Virus record (IMG/VR): IMGVR_UViG_3300029305_003178 | Coordinates: 32,001 to 96,000 of that record | From: a virus | Lineage: Duplodnaviria; Caudoviricetes | Reading direction: 5' to 3' (one strand) | Length of the DNA: 64,000 nucleotides | Part shown: piece by piece, positions 29,957 to 40,577 of the stretch | Layout: each line of letters begins with the position of its first letter | Position numbering within the stretch: position 1 is the stretch's first letter | Program-made: the position numbers and the translations under genes | Notes under the pieces: generated by a model | Database searches by the model: none | The model's input: only the letters and a program-made list of their open reading frames with translations | What the model was told of the DNA's origin: nothing

Positions 29957-32218
29957 ATGGGACTAACTCTAACTAAGCAACAACGAGAAGGTTTGATATT
30001 GGCTAAATTATGGTGGCCTAATAGATATAAAAGACAAGTATTTGAAATTTCTGGTGCTGCTGGTACAGGTAAAGCGCAACCAATAACTACTAAAATTCCA
30101 ACACCGAATGGTGTTATTGAATTAGGTAAATTAAAAGTTGGTGATTATGTATTTAATAGACATGGTAAACCTGTAAAAGTATTAGGTGTATTCGATCAAG
30201 GTGAATTAGATGCATATAAAATAACATTCGATGATGGACGAAGTACGATATGCAATGATGAGCACTTATGGTCTGTATATGATTCACATAAACCTAATAA
30301 AAAAATAAAAACTCTAACTGTCAGAGATATGTTAAATAAAGGATTATTTAAAAACGATGGTACTCATAGATATCGTGTGCATATGAGTAAAGCAGTTGAA
30401 TATGATGAAAAAGAATTACCAATTGATCCATATGTCATTGGAGCATTTATAGGAAATGGTTGCTGTACTGAAAACATATTATCATTTTCATCTAATGATA
30501 TAGAAGTAGTTGATAGTATAAGTAAATTAATTGGTGCTAAAGGTTATTATAAATTACCATCAAATAATTATACGTATGTATTTTTATTGAATGATAATGA
30601 GAGAGGTCACAAGAATCGTAAATATTACCAAACAGAATCATTTTTTAGGGATGTCCCAGAATTAATAGGATATTCATATACAAAACGAATACCTAAAGAT
30701 TATTTATATTCTAGTATTGAACAGCGTTGGGCGTTGGTTCAAGGATTGTTTGATACAGATGGTTCGATATCATGTAATTCCAGATTCAATATTTCATATT
30801 CTAGCATTAATTTAGGATTGATATTAGATATTCGCGAATTATTATTTAGTTTGGGCTATGCGTCAACTATTAGTATAGATAAACGAAAAGATAAGTATAA
30901 AAAAACTGGTGCATGTTATACATTATATGTTAAAGCGGATAATCAAATTAAACCAAAATTTTTTAGATTAACTAGAAAGCACAAATTTGCAGAAATTGCT
31001 AAAGATATTAAAAAACGACATGATTATAGTTTAACTTATATTCATAACATTGAAAAATTAGATTATAAGACAAAAATGCGCTGTATATATGTAGATGACC
31101 AAGAACATCTTTATTTAACAAATGATTATATAGTAACTCATAATACAACCTTGATATATCATTTAATTGATGAATTAGGATTATCTGAACGAGATGTATT
31201 ATTCGTAGCATATATTGGTAAAGCAGCATTACAGATTACACTAAAAGGTAATTCAGCGCAGACAATACATTCTGCAATATATAATAGAATTGAAGTACCA
31301 TTAATGGAAGGTGATAAACCTGTTCTTAGTAATGGTAGACATGTTACTAGATTTGAATTTGTTAAAAAGGAAACATTAGATTATCCATATAAATTGATAG
31401 TAGTTGATGAAGCCGCAATGGTTCCAGTCAATATTGCCGAAGATTTAAAATCATTCGGTGTACCAATCATTGCATTAGGCGATAAAAATCAGTTACCACC
31501 AATATTTGGTAAATCTTATTTTCTAAATAAACCAGATATCCATTTATCTGAGGTAATGAGACAATCTGCAGATTCACCAATAATTAAATTAGGGCAATTT
31601 GCAATGCATGGTAAACCTATAAAAACTGGAGATTATGGTGATTCTAAAGTAATATATAGAAGTCAATTAACTGATGAAATGTTATTAGATGCAGATGTTA
31701 TATTATGTGGTAAAAATAATACTAGGCAAAATATAAATAATCATGTAAGAAACGATATATTAAAACGGACAAAAGATTATCCATGTATAGGAGATAAATT
31801 GCTCTGTAAGCAAAATAATTGGCAGAAATTTGTTTGTGATAATATTTATCTTGTTAATGGTATGCTGGGATATTGTACAGATGTATACTTGGACTCATTT
31901 AATGGAAAATCTTTAGATATAGATTTTATGCCAGAATTTTTATCTGATGAATATTTTAAAAAACTAAAAATAGATTATAATCATCTATTAAATCCACAAG
32001 GACTATTGACAGCAAATAAAAGAAGTTTTTATAATAAATTTGAGTATGGGTATGCAATAACAGTGCATGCCGCTCAAGGCTCGCAATATAATAATATACT
32101 AATATTTGACGAAGTTCTTGGTGCAGAAAGTTTTCATAGAAAATGGTTATATACTGCAATAACGAGAGCTAGTGAAAAATTAACGCTGGTTGTACCAGAC
32201 GAACTTAATTGGTGGTGA
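29957..32218 (+). CDS. Dda/RecD-like SF1 helicase containing an intein
   Basis: GAAGTGK|intein|TT, VVDEAAMV, GDKNQLPP, YAITVHAAQGSQY, YTAITRA. Confidence 0.9.
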   Translation: MGLTLTKQQREGLILAKLWWPNRYKRQVFEISGAAGTGKAQPITTKIPTPNGVIELGKLKVGDYVFNRHGKPVKVLGVFDQGELDAYKITFDDGRSTICNDEHLWSVYDSHKPNKKIKTLTVRDMLNKGLFKNDGTHRYRVHMSKAVEYDEKELPIDPYVIGAFIGNGCCTENILSFSSNDIEVVDSISKLIGAKGYYKLPSNNYTYVFLLNDNERGHKNRKYYQTESFFRDVPELIGYSYTKRIPKDYLYSSIEQRWALVQGLFDTDGSISCNSRFNISYSSINLGLILDIRELLFSLGYASTISIDKRKDKYKKTGACYTLYVKADNQIKPKFFRLTRKHKFAEIAKDIKKRHDYSLTYIHNIEKLDYKTKMRCIYVDDQEHLYLTNDYIVTHNTTLIYHLIDELGLSERDVLFVAYIGKAALQITLKGNSAQTIHSAIYNRIEVPLMEGDKPVLSNGRHVTRFEFVKKETLDYPYKLIVVDEAAMVPVNIAEDLKSFGVPIIALGDKNQLPPIFGKSYFLNKPDIHLSEVMRQSADSPIIKLGQFAMHGKPIKTGDYGDSKVIYRSQLTDEMLLDADVILCGKNNTRQNINNHVRNDILKRTKDYPCIGDKLLCKQNNWQKFVCDNIYLVNGMLGYCTDVYLDSFNGKSLDIDFMPEFLSDEYFKKLKIDYNHLLNPQGLLTANKRSFYNKFEYGYAITVHAAQGSQYNNILIFDEVLGAESFHRKWLYTAITRASEKLTLVVPDELNWW
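30074..31144 (+). mobile_element. intein (357 aa) with LAGLIDADG endonuclease, Ala1/WCT class 3-type
   Basis: AQP start within Walker A; ICNDEHLW; GAFIGNG and GLFDTDG; MRCIYVD; IVTHN|T. Confidence 0.9.
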
Positions 32219-32225
32219 TAAAATT

Positions 32226-32531
32226 ATGAGTGCAAAAACATATAAAGTACTTCAGAGAAAATTAATAGAAACTGTATTAGAAGAAGCTGCGTGTCCTAAA
32301 TGTGATAATGAAATGCTATATATTAAAGATTTATATTTCGATCCAGATAATTTAATTATTGCTGGCTATGAACATATATGTCCAGTTTGTGGACATGTTG
32401 ATATATTACCATTACGATATCCTAGAAAATTTGAGAGATATTCTGCAAATGGTGAAATTGTTGAATATGCAGATTATGATGGATCCGATGTTGATGAGCG
32501 AGGTGTTATTGTATGTACAAAGATACAATAA
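32226..32531 (+). CDS. Zn-ribbon protein
   Basis: CPKC...CPVCG; GGTGA RBS. Confidence 0.7.
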   Translation: MSAKTYKVLQRKLIETVLEEAACPKCDNEMLYIKDLYFDPDNLIIAGYEHICPVCGHVDILPLRYPRKFERYSANGEIVEYADYDGSDVDERGVIVCTKIQ

Positions 32532-32671
32532 ACAAATTATTATCTGATACATTAGATGATGCTAAAGAATCATCTAAATTTAAACTTATGGATAATAAAG
32601 AAAAAGCACAATATATTAAATCTAAATTTAATCTTACTCATGGGAAAGGTAAGAGAAAAAAGAAAGGATGA
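32513..32671 (+). CDS. 52-aa basic protein missing from the ORF track
   Basis: GAGGTG RBS; MYKDTINK...GKGKRKKKG*. Confidence 0.5.
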   Translation: MYKDTINKLLSDTLDDAKESSKFKLMDNKEKAQYIKSKFNLTHGKGKRKKKG

Positions 32672-32677
32672 TTATAA

Positions 32678-32965
32678 ATGACAGGTGCTGAATTTAAAGC
32701 AGTGATTAATAAATATGGTGAAGAAAATGTATTGAGTATTGGTTTCGACAACAGTGCATCATCTATGATGTTTAGAGATGAATCACCATTTTCATTTTCT
32801 AATAACTATGTAGAAGAAATCGAATGTTTACAATTCTTCCAGTTTGATAGATCTGGTCTGCCTTATTTGGTAGTTAAACATGTTGAAAATGTACAATCTA
32901 TTATTTTCAAATCCTCTAAAGAGCATACACTTAGTCAGTATGACAATTTCTCTATTAGAGGATAA
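32678..32965 (+). CDS. hypothetical protein
   Basis: 95 aa, AAAGGA RBS. Confidence 0.7.
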   Translation: MTGAEFKAVINKYGEENVLSIGFDNSASSMMFRDESPFSFSNNYVEEIECLQFFQFDRSGLPYLVVKHVENVQSIIFKSSKEHTLSQYDNFSIRG

Positions 32966-33070
32966 TTTAAATCAATTTTCAATTATATATTATATGGGTA
33001 TCAACAAGAAATTAATGTTGGTAAAACAATTAATTTAATTTATTTTTAAAACACCATAGGAGGTAAGATC

Positions 33071-33607
33071 ATGGGTAAAAAAGACAAAAATAAAAACAAA
33101 GGTAAAGAGTACAATTCTGCAGAAATTATGGATTTCATTAGATCTAAGAATTGGGATATTGAAGATGTACAGACAGTTCTTGAAGAAATCGAAATGTCTA
33201 AGAAAATCTCTTGCTCTCACACAAACTCTGAGGGTAAAGTAAAAATTAAACCTATCGGTGACAGCGGTTACCTGTACAAATGTACAAAATGTGGCACTGT
33301 AATCGATCTGCGTCCTATTGATGAGCAGACAGCTAAAAAAGCAATGGAAACAGTCATCAATATGATCAACCAGGTTAAACTGTTTACAGCTGATCCTCAT
33401 GCTGATCAGAGACCTATTAAAGAACTGGGTCGTTGCATTCAGAATATCAGCAGAGCTAAGAAAGTTTATGAATCTATTGCTCCTGGTAAGAAACTTAAAA
33501 AGAATAAAAAGAAAAATAAACATAAAGGTTACAACAACGGTGGCTCTGATCTGCAGGGCGGTATGGGTATTCACTTCATGGATGCATCCAAAAAACATCG
33601 TAGATAA
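33071..33607 (+). CDS. basic Zn-finger-containing protein
   Basis: CSH...CTKC, Lys-rich ends, AGGAGGT RBS. Confidence 0.75.
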   Translation: MGKKDKNKNKGKEYNSAEIMDFIRSKNWDIEDVQTVLEEIEMSKKISCSHTNSEGKVKIKPIGDSGYLYKCTKCGTVIDLRPIDEQTAKKAMETVINMINQVKLFTADPHADQRPIKELGRCIQNISRAKKVYESIAPGKKLKKNKKKNKHKGYNNGGSDLQGGMGIHFMDASKKHRR

Positions 33608-33613
33608 TCATTG

Positions 33614-33755
33614 ATAGTAAACTTATAATACACATTATTTAAAAACAATGAATTTCGCTCAAAGTTTTTAAAGACTACCTTTATAAAAGTTCTCCCCTTA
33701 AGTTAAATGTGTCAGAATAGTTCTCCAAGAACATAAAGTATTATAAGTTTATTAT
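33614..33755 (+). ncRNA. candidate structured RNA or structured 3' UTR
   Basis: 18-bp closing stem (one G.U pair), internal hairpins, followed by a terminator at 33759..33810. Confidence 0.4.
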
Positions 33756-33913
33756 ATAGCATGGAAGTATATTCGACTGTCACTCGATATACTTCCATGT
33801 TTATTTTTTTATTATATTTTTTATACGAGTATATACTGGGTATAAATATTATTTTAAAATTATTTTAACAATTATATGAAATATAATCTATAAAATGAAA
33901 GGATGTGAATACG

Positions 33914-36304
33914 ATGTCAAATAAATATAAAGATGACATCATAGAACATATCGAGAGTGATATAGAGAAGATACAAACTAAACCTAATATGTATATTTCA
34001 TATTTAGGTAGAAGAGGTGCATTGCATTTATGTAAAGAATTAATCAATAATGCAATTGACGAATGTACCAATCCAAATTCCCCCGGTAGGAACATAGACA
34101 TTTTATTAGATGAATGTGAAAATACAATTTATGTTGGTGATGATGGTAGAGGTATTCCATTTGAATCAATGCTTATCGTATGTACAACTTTACAATCTGG
34201 CTCTAAAATGTTTAGAGAAGTCGGTGGTGGTAGTGCAGGCGAAAACGGCGTTGGTTTGACAGCGTGTGCAGCATTAGCAGATTTATTTGAAATAATTTCA
34301 TTCAGAAATGGTGAAAAATCTAAAATTAGTTTAAGGCAAGGTGTACTAACAGAACCTCAGAAATATTCTAAGGTTACTAAAAAAGATAAACATGGTACTA
34401 CGTTTGTATTAAAGCCGAGTCCATTATATATGACAGAAGACTGCGAAATTGATTCTGAAGAATTAATGAATTGGTTAACTAAAATCGGTTATTTAATTCC
34501 AAATAATATTAAGATCAAATTATCAATTAAGAAAAAAGGTAAAGAGTCTTTAGTGTATAAAACATATACAAATAAAAATGGTCTTGCCGATTATATTGAT
34601 ACATTATGTAAGAAACAATTAGTATCTCCAATCCATGTTATGGAAACTACTAATTTAGTTGAAGAAATTCATGATAAATCTTTTGATAGATTTTTGGGAT
34701 TAGAATTTGCATTCACATATGATACTAATAATACCGAATTCATGTCAGATTCTTTCTGTAACTTTATTAATACAATTGACAATGGTGTCCATGTTGATGC
34801 GGTTAAACAAGCAATTATGCAGTATTTAGTAAAGAAGACTAAAGAAGGATTATCTGAAAGAGATGCTAATAAAATCGATATTTTATTTACAGACGCATCT
34901 AATGGTTTAGTATTGACAGTATATATCATGACTAACTATAATATTCAATTTACTGGTCAGACAAAGGAGAAAATCTCTGCAATGGGTATTTTTAAACCTA
35001 TTAGAGATATGACTTATAAAGCATTGATTGAATATTTTAATAATAATCCTAAAGAATTAAAGAAAATTACAGATAGAATTAAAGCTAACGCAAAAGCAAG
35101 AATTGAATCTACTAAAATCAGAAATTCTGTTATTAAAGGTGAAACTAATAACTTTAATGAATTTATGATGACAAACTTTGAACCCGCCAATAATCGTGGT
35201 AGAAATGAATATAAAGAATTATTTATCATTGAAGGTAAATCAGCAAAAGGTACTGCAAGTGCAGGCAGATTCGATCGTGATACACAAGCTATATTTAGTA
35301 TTAGAGGTGTTCCTCTTAATGCATGTGGATTGAAACTTGATAAAGTTTTAATGAATGATGAATTCAGAACCCTGATTCAAATTTTAGGTACAAATGTTGG
35401 TTCTAAGTTTGATATATCTAAAATGAAATATAATAAGATTATTCTACTTGCAGACTCGGATTCTGATGGATTCAATATCACATCTTTATTATGTGCTTTC
35501 TTTATGACACATTTACCTGAATTGGTTAAGAAAGGTTATGTGTATAAAGCAGTTTCTCCATTATATAAAATTAAGAGTAAATATAAAAAGTTTGTTCTTA
35601 ATAAACAAGAATACGTAGAGGTGTTCGAAAAGAATATTCGTAGTAATATGAGAATTTATGATTCTAAAACAGATGTAGTTTACACAGATAAACAGCTTCA
35701 GAAAATTTTATTAGATAATAGAACTTACCTAGAAGAACTATATAGAGTATCTACACATCTGTCTATCGATCCAACTATTGTGGAATTTTTAGCTATTCAT
35801 AGAAAAGATAAAGATTTCAATAAGAAATTTAAGAAGAAATTCCCTGAATTGACTATTGATGAAGATAAAATTTTATCTGGTATTTATGATGGTAAATTCC
35901 AAATTGTAACTATGGATAAGATATTTGATAAGAAAATTGCATCTATAGAATACTTAGTTCATGACGTTAACAAAGATAGTGTATACTTTAGAGTAACGGA
36001 ATTAAATAATAAAGAAGAGATTGATAAAGGCATAATGACTTTAGGTGATTTCTTAGCATTATCTCAAAAATATCAGCCAGTTATCGAAACTCGTTATAAA
36101 GGGGTTGGTGAGTTAAGAGCTGAAGAACTTAGAGATAATACATTAGACCCTAATAATAGAATATTAATTAGATTGACAATTGACGATATTGAAAAAGATC
36201 TTGAAACATTTAATATTCTTCATGGTTCTAATACGAATGCAAGAGATGAACGTAAGTTTATGATGCAGAACTTTAAAATCAATCGTGATGACTTAGATAA
36301 CTAA
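33914..36304 (+). CDS. gyrB: type IIA topoisomerase B subunit (GyrB/ParE-like)
   Basis: ELINNAIDE, DDGRGIP, GENGVG, EGKSA, DSDSDG, RYKGVGE. Confidence 0.92.
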   Translation: MSNKYKDDIIEHIESDIEKIQTKPNMYISYLGRRGALHLCKELINNAIDECTNPNSPGRNIDILLDECENTIYVGDDGRGIPFESMLIVCTTLQSGSKMFREVGGGSAGENGVGLTACAALADLFEIISFRNGEKSKISLRQGVLTEPQKYSKVTKKDKHGTTFVLKPSPLYMTEDCEIDSEELMNWLTKIGYLIPNNIKIKLSIKKKGKESLVYKTYTNKNGLADYIDTLCKKQLVSPIHVMETTNLVEEIHDKSFDRFLGLEFAFTYDTNNTEFMSDSFCNFINTIDNGVHVDAVKQAIMQYLVKKTKEGLSERDANKIDILFTDASNGLVLTVYIMTNYNIQFTGQTKEKISAMGIFKPIRDMTYKALIEYFNNNPKELKKITDRIKANAKARIESTKIRNSVIKGETNNFNEFMMTNFEPANNRGRNEYKELFIIEGKSAKGTASAGRFDRDTQAIFSIRGVPLNACGLKLDKVLMNDEFRTLIQILGTNVGSKFDISKMKYNKIILLADSDSDGFNITSLLCAFFMTHLPELVKKGYVYKAVSPLYKIKSKYKKFVLNKQEYVEVFEKNIRSNMRIYDSKTDVVYTDKQLQKILLDNRTYLEELYRVSTHLSIDPTIVEFLAIHRKDKDFNKKFKKKFPELTIDEDKILSGIYDGKFQIVTMDKIFDKKIASIEYLVHDVNKDSVYFRVTELNNKEEIDKGIMTLGDFLALSQKYQPVIETRYKGVGELRAEELRDNTLDPNNRILIRLTIDDIEKDLETFNILHGSNTNARDERKFMMQNFKINRDDLDN

Positions 36305-36381
36305 GAATAAATATATATTATATATGAGATAGAATAAAATATTCTATCTCATATATTTTATTATAAAAGGAAGTGTAAACA

Positions 36382-37017
36382 ATGTCTAGAAAACTAAAAA
36401 TTACTAGAGATCCATTATATGAAGATGATTTCTTATATAAGAAATCTTATATAACATTTGAAGAAGGTGTTACTATACTTGTTGGTTGTAACGGATCAGG
36501 AAAATCAACTCTTTTAAAAGAGTTGGAAAGTAAATTTAAAAAAGATAATACTCCTTGTATTAGATATGATAATTTTACTCAGGGTGGTTCTCATAGTAGA
36601 AGTGAGCAAGCATTTTTTGAAAATTATTCATTTCTTGCAACTGCTATGTGTTCTTCCGAAGGTGAAGAGGTTATGCTCAATCTTAAACTTAAAGCTGCGG
36701 CTATCGGTAAATATGTCCATGACAATCCAGATATTAAAGAATTATGGATTCTCATGGATGCTATTGATGGCTTATCTATTGATGCTATTGATGATTTAAA
36801 AACATATCTTTTTAAAACTGTCTTAGAAGATGAAAGATTAAAAGATATTTCTAAATATATTATTGTATCCACTAATGTATATGAAATGGTTCGTGGTGAA
36901 AAATGCTTTGATGTTGTTGAAGGTAAGTATATTACTATCAATGATTACGAAGATTACAGAAAAGCTATTTTTAATAGTAGAAAATATAAGGATGAAAGAT
37001 ATTCTAAACAGAATTAG
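36382..37017 (+). CDS. ABC-type ATPase
   Basis: GCNGSGKST, SEGE signature, ILMDAIDG. Confidence 0.8.
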   Translation: MSRKLKITRDPLYEDDFLYKKSYITFEEGVTILVGCNGSGKSTLLKELESKFKKDNTPCIRYDNFTQGGSHSRSEQAFFENYSFLATAMCSSEGEEVMLNLKLKAAAIGKYVHDNPDIKELWILMDAIDGLSIDAIDDLKTYLFKTVLEDERLKDISKYIIVSTNVYEMVRGEKCFDVVEGKYITINDYEDYRKAIFNSRKYKDERYSKQN

Positions 37018-37060
37018 AATTAAAAATCACTAGAACCATTATATATACGAGGTGATTAAA

Positions 37061-39454
37061 ATGGCAAAAGAAATAAAAAAGAATAAAAAATTTGCTGATT
37101 ATAATAAAGGTATAGAAGAAACAAATATTAGTGAAGCATGTACTGAGTATATGAAGATATTCGGTGCTAATACAAATCTTATGAGACATCTTCCTGTAGT
37201 GATGGACGGACTTAAACCAGGGGCGAGACGCATATTATACACAATGTATAAATTAGGTTTAAGTTATAAATCACCATATATGAAATCCGCATCAATCGTT
37301 GGTAAAGTAATGGAATATCATCCACATGGTTCTACACCAATTTATGAAACTATGGTGAAATTGGCACAGCCTTGGAATAATATTCAACCAACAGTAGATG
37401 GTTCTGGTAACTTTGGTGACATTACAGGTAATGATGCTGCTAATGAAAGATACACTGAAGCGAGATTAACATATTATGCATATAAATGCTTTTTTGAAGA
37501 ATATAATGATAATATCGTAGATACAAAGCCAAATTATCTTAATAATAAAATCGAACCAGAATTTCTTCCTGCAAGATATCCAAATGTTTTAATTAACAAT
37601 GCCATTGGTATCGGATATGGTTTATCAACAAGTATTTGTAATTATAATCTTAAGGAAGTCTTAGAAGCAACAATTAAACTTATTAAAGATCCAGATTGTG
37701 ACGATATTGTTTTATATCCAGATTCTCCAACTGGTGCATATATTATCGATGAAGGGCAATTCCCTGAAATTTGTAAAACTGGTAAAGGTAGATTTAAAAT
37801 GAGAGGTGTTATTAAGATAGATGAAGAAAATAATGCTTTAGATATTTTATCTACACCGATTCAGACATATTGGGTAACAGTAAAATCTTCAGTAATTCAA
37901 TTACTTAATGAAGCTAAATTACTTAAAGTAATTGAAGATAAATCTGATTTGAATTATATGCATTATAAATTGTATCTGAAGAAAGAGGTTGATCCTATTG
38001 CAGCAATGCATATGATTTATTCTCAAACTCAGATGGAGAAAACAATGGCAGTAAACTTCAAATTGATTGAAGATTATGCAGATAATGATTATACATTAAA
38101 AACAATTCTTACAACTTGGCTTGATTTCAGAAGAGATACGAAGAGAAGAATTTATAACAGAAAGTTTGTTAAGCTTAAAGAAAGAGAACATATTCTGGAA
38201 ATTTTATTATTTATTCTTAATAAAGAAAATGGTGAAAAGACTCTTAAGATTATTAAAAAATCTCAGAATAAAAAAGAGATTATTAGTAAATTGATGAAAG
38301 AGTATAAAATCACATCTCTTCAAGCAGATATGATTGCTGAAATGAAGCTGTCTGCTTTCTCTAAAGACTCATATAAAGGATATATGGATGAAAAAGAAGA
38401 AATTGAGAAAGAAATTAAGAAATTAAATAAAATTATCCGTTCTCCTAAAATGATTGATAAAATTATTATCGAAGAGTTAGAAGAAGGTATTAAACTCTTT
38501 GGTAGTGAACGTAAAAGTCAGGTAATTACAGTAGATAATGAAGTAAAAATCAGAGATACTAATCATGTACTTGTATTTACCAATAATGGTTTTATTAAGA
38601 AACTTCCAGACAATATTGATCATGTAGGGTTCATTAATCCTGGTGATTATCCTATCGATAGTATTACAGCAAATAATACATCAGATATTTTCATCTTTGA
38701 TAAGAGTGGTAAGATCAATAAATTACCAGTTAGTAGTGTACAAGGATGCGCATTAACATCTGAAGGTGAATTACTGAGTAAATATTGTATGATTTCTGGT
38801 GGTATTGCTGCAATCAAAACAAGACCTACAAAAGATGTTATTGATGGTTTGGAAAAAACCAGTGGATTAAAAACATATTATGTTATGATAACATCAAATG
38901 GTATTGTAAAGAAAACATCTATTAATTCTTACACAAATATCAAAAATGAATTGTCTGCAATGATTCTTAAAGATGGTGATTCTTTAGTATGTGTGAAATC
39001 TTTATTAGGTGATAGAGATATTGTTATTTATACTAATACAGGTCATGGAATTAGAATGAATACATCTGCTATTAAAGAAACTAGTAGAATGACTATGGGA
39101 TTAAAATCTATCGAATTATCTGAAGATGAGTTTGTAGTTGGTATGGAGGTTATTAATGAGAATGATAAAGAGCTTCTTATTATAACTAAAAAAGGATGGG
39201 TAAAAAGATGTGAGCTTAAATCTTTTAAAACAATGGAAAGAAATTCTAAACCATTAAGAATCGTAACTCTTGATAACGATGATGATATTCTTTATGCTTA
39301 TCCTATTAGAGGAAACGAAGTATTCAATATCTATATGAAGAGTGGCATTACAACAATCAATATGGAAGACGTTCCTATATTACCTAGACTTAGTAAAGGT
39401 AAGAAACTTATTCCAGTAAAACGCGGAGATACTATTATTAGTATTAGTAAATAA
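37061..39454 (+). CDS. gyrA: type IIA topoisomerase A subunit (GyrA/ParC-like, no GyrA-box seen)
   Basis: DGLKPGARR, YHPHG, GNFG, RYTEARL, beta-pinwheel C-terminal repeats. Confidence 0.92.
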   Translation: MAKEIKKNKKFADYNKGIEETNISEACTEYMKIFGANTNLMRHLPVVMDGLKPGARRILYTMYKLGLSYKSPYMKSASIVGKVMEYHPHGSTPIYETMVKLAQPWNNIQPTVDGSGNFGDITGNDAANERYTEARLTYYAYKCFFEEYNDNIVDTKPNYLNNKIEPEFLPARYPNVLINNAIGIGYGLSTSICNYNLKEVLEATIKLIKDPDCDDIVLYPDSPTGAYIIDEGQFPEICKTGKGRFKMRGVIKIDEENNALDILSTPIQTYWVTVKSSVIQLLNEAKLLKVIEDKSDLNYMHYKLYLKKEVDPIAAMHMIYSQTQMEKTMAVNFKLIEDYADNDYTLKTILTTWLDFRRDTKRRIYNRKFVKLKEREHILEILLFILNKENGEKTLKIIKKSQNKKEIISKLMKEYKITSLQADMIAEMKLSAFSKDSYKGYMDEKEEIEKEIKKLNKIIRSPKMIDKIIIEELEEGIKLFGSERKSQVITVDNEVKIRDTNHVLVFTNNGFIKKLPDNIDHVGFINPGDYPIDSITANNTSDIFIFDKSGKINKLPVSSVQGCALTSEGELLSKYCMISGGIAAIKTRPTKDVIDGLEKTSGLKTYYVMITSNGIVKKTSINSYTNIKNELSAMILKDGDSLVCVKSLLGDRDIVIYTNTGHGIRMNTSAIKETSRMTMGLKSIELSEDEFVVGMEVINENDKELLIITKKGWVKRCELKSFKTMERNSKPLRIVTLDNDDDILYAYPIRGNEVFNIYMKSGITTINMEDVPILPRLSKGKKLIPVKRGDTIISISK

Positions 39455-39517
39455 ATATATTAGGATAGGTTATTATACCTATCCTAATATTTTTTAAATA
39501 AGAGAGGAGAATTTATT

Positions 39518-40531
39518 ATGAAAAATGAACCTAGAACTGAAAGAGAATTAAAAACACTACTTATCACACACGATGATTTAGATGGCGTATCTTGTGGTAT
39601 TGTATTAGAATCTGCTAAAGGGATTTGGTTGGCGGAAACAAATTATCTTGATTATGATGATATCGATCAGTCTATTCGTAGTTTAATTGAAAGTGGACGT
39701 CATAAAGAATTTGATAGAATCTTTATGACCGATATCTCTTTTAAGAAAAATGATGAAATTATTAAACTTATTAATGATAATATCAAAGATAAGTTTATAC
39801 TATTAGATCATCATAAAACAGCAGAATGGCTCAATGAATATGAATGGGCTACGGTTAAAACAGAATTAAACGGTAGATTAACATGTGGTACTGAATTAGT
39901 ATTTCAGTATATGAAAGACACTAATCGTATTGATATGAGTAATAATATTAAATTCTTATTTGAGGAATTTGTAGAAATGGTTAGATTATATGACACATTT
40001 GATTTCAAACGTGTGATTGCAGATATGCCTGCAGATGTAACCGCTATTGATGAAGAAATGGCTGAGAAATTTAATAGAGCTGTCGCATCCGAAGAACTAA
40101 ATACATATATGCATTTTGTAGGGACATTCAATTTTAATGATGAAATGATCGATAATATTTATTGCCAGGACATGATCATTACTCCTGAAATGGAAGGTAT
40201 TATTTCTTGTCTTAATAAACAGAAAATGGAGTATATTAAAGAGAAAATTACAGAGTATGAATATACCAATGAATTATTTGAAGGTTATTGTGTTGCATTA
40301 GTATATGCGGAAAAACATGCATCTGAAATTGGTTATAAAATTAATACTACAGATAATAATATGGATTTTGTAGCTATTGTGGATCCTTCTAAAAATACAA
40401 TCTCTTTAAGATCTAGGGATGGTGGTGTAGACGTAGGTGAAGTTGCTAAGAAATATGGTGGCGGTGGTCATAAAAATGCTGCTGGTGTTAAGTACTCTGT
40501 AATGTATCCTAGATTTGTTTTTAATCCATAA
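39518..40531 (+). CDS. DHH/DHHA1 phosphoesterase (NrnB-like)
   Basis: HDDLDG, TD, DHH, SLRS, GGGGHKNAAG. Confidence 0.9.
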   Translation: MKNEPRTERELKTLLITHDDLDGVSCGIVLESAKGIWLAETNYLDYDDIDQSIRSLIESGRHKEFDRIFMTDISFKKNDEIIKLINDNIKDKFILLDHHKTAEWLNEYEWATVKTELNGRLTCGTELVFQYMKDTNRIDMSNNIKFLFEEFVEMVRLYDTFDFKRVIADMPADVTAIDEEMAEKFNRAVASEELNTYMHFVGTFNFNDEMIDNIYCQDMIITPEMEGIISCLNKQKMEYIKEKITEYEYTNELFEGYCVALVYAEKHASEIGYKINTTDNNMDFVAIVDPSKNTISLRSRDGGVDVGEVAKKYGGGGHKNAAGVKYSVMYPRFVFNP

Positions 40532-40577
40532 TTTAAATTTAAGGAAGTATACTAAAAAGTATACTTCCTTATTTTTT

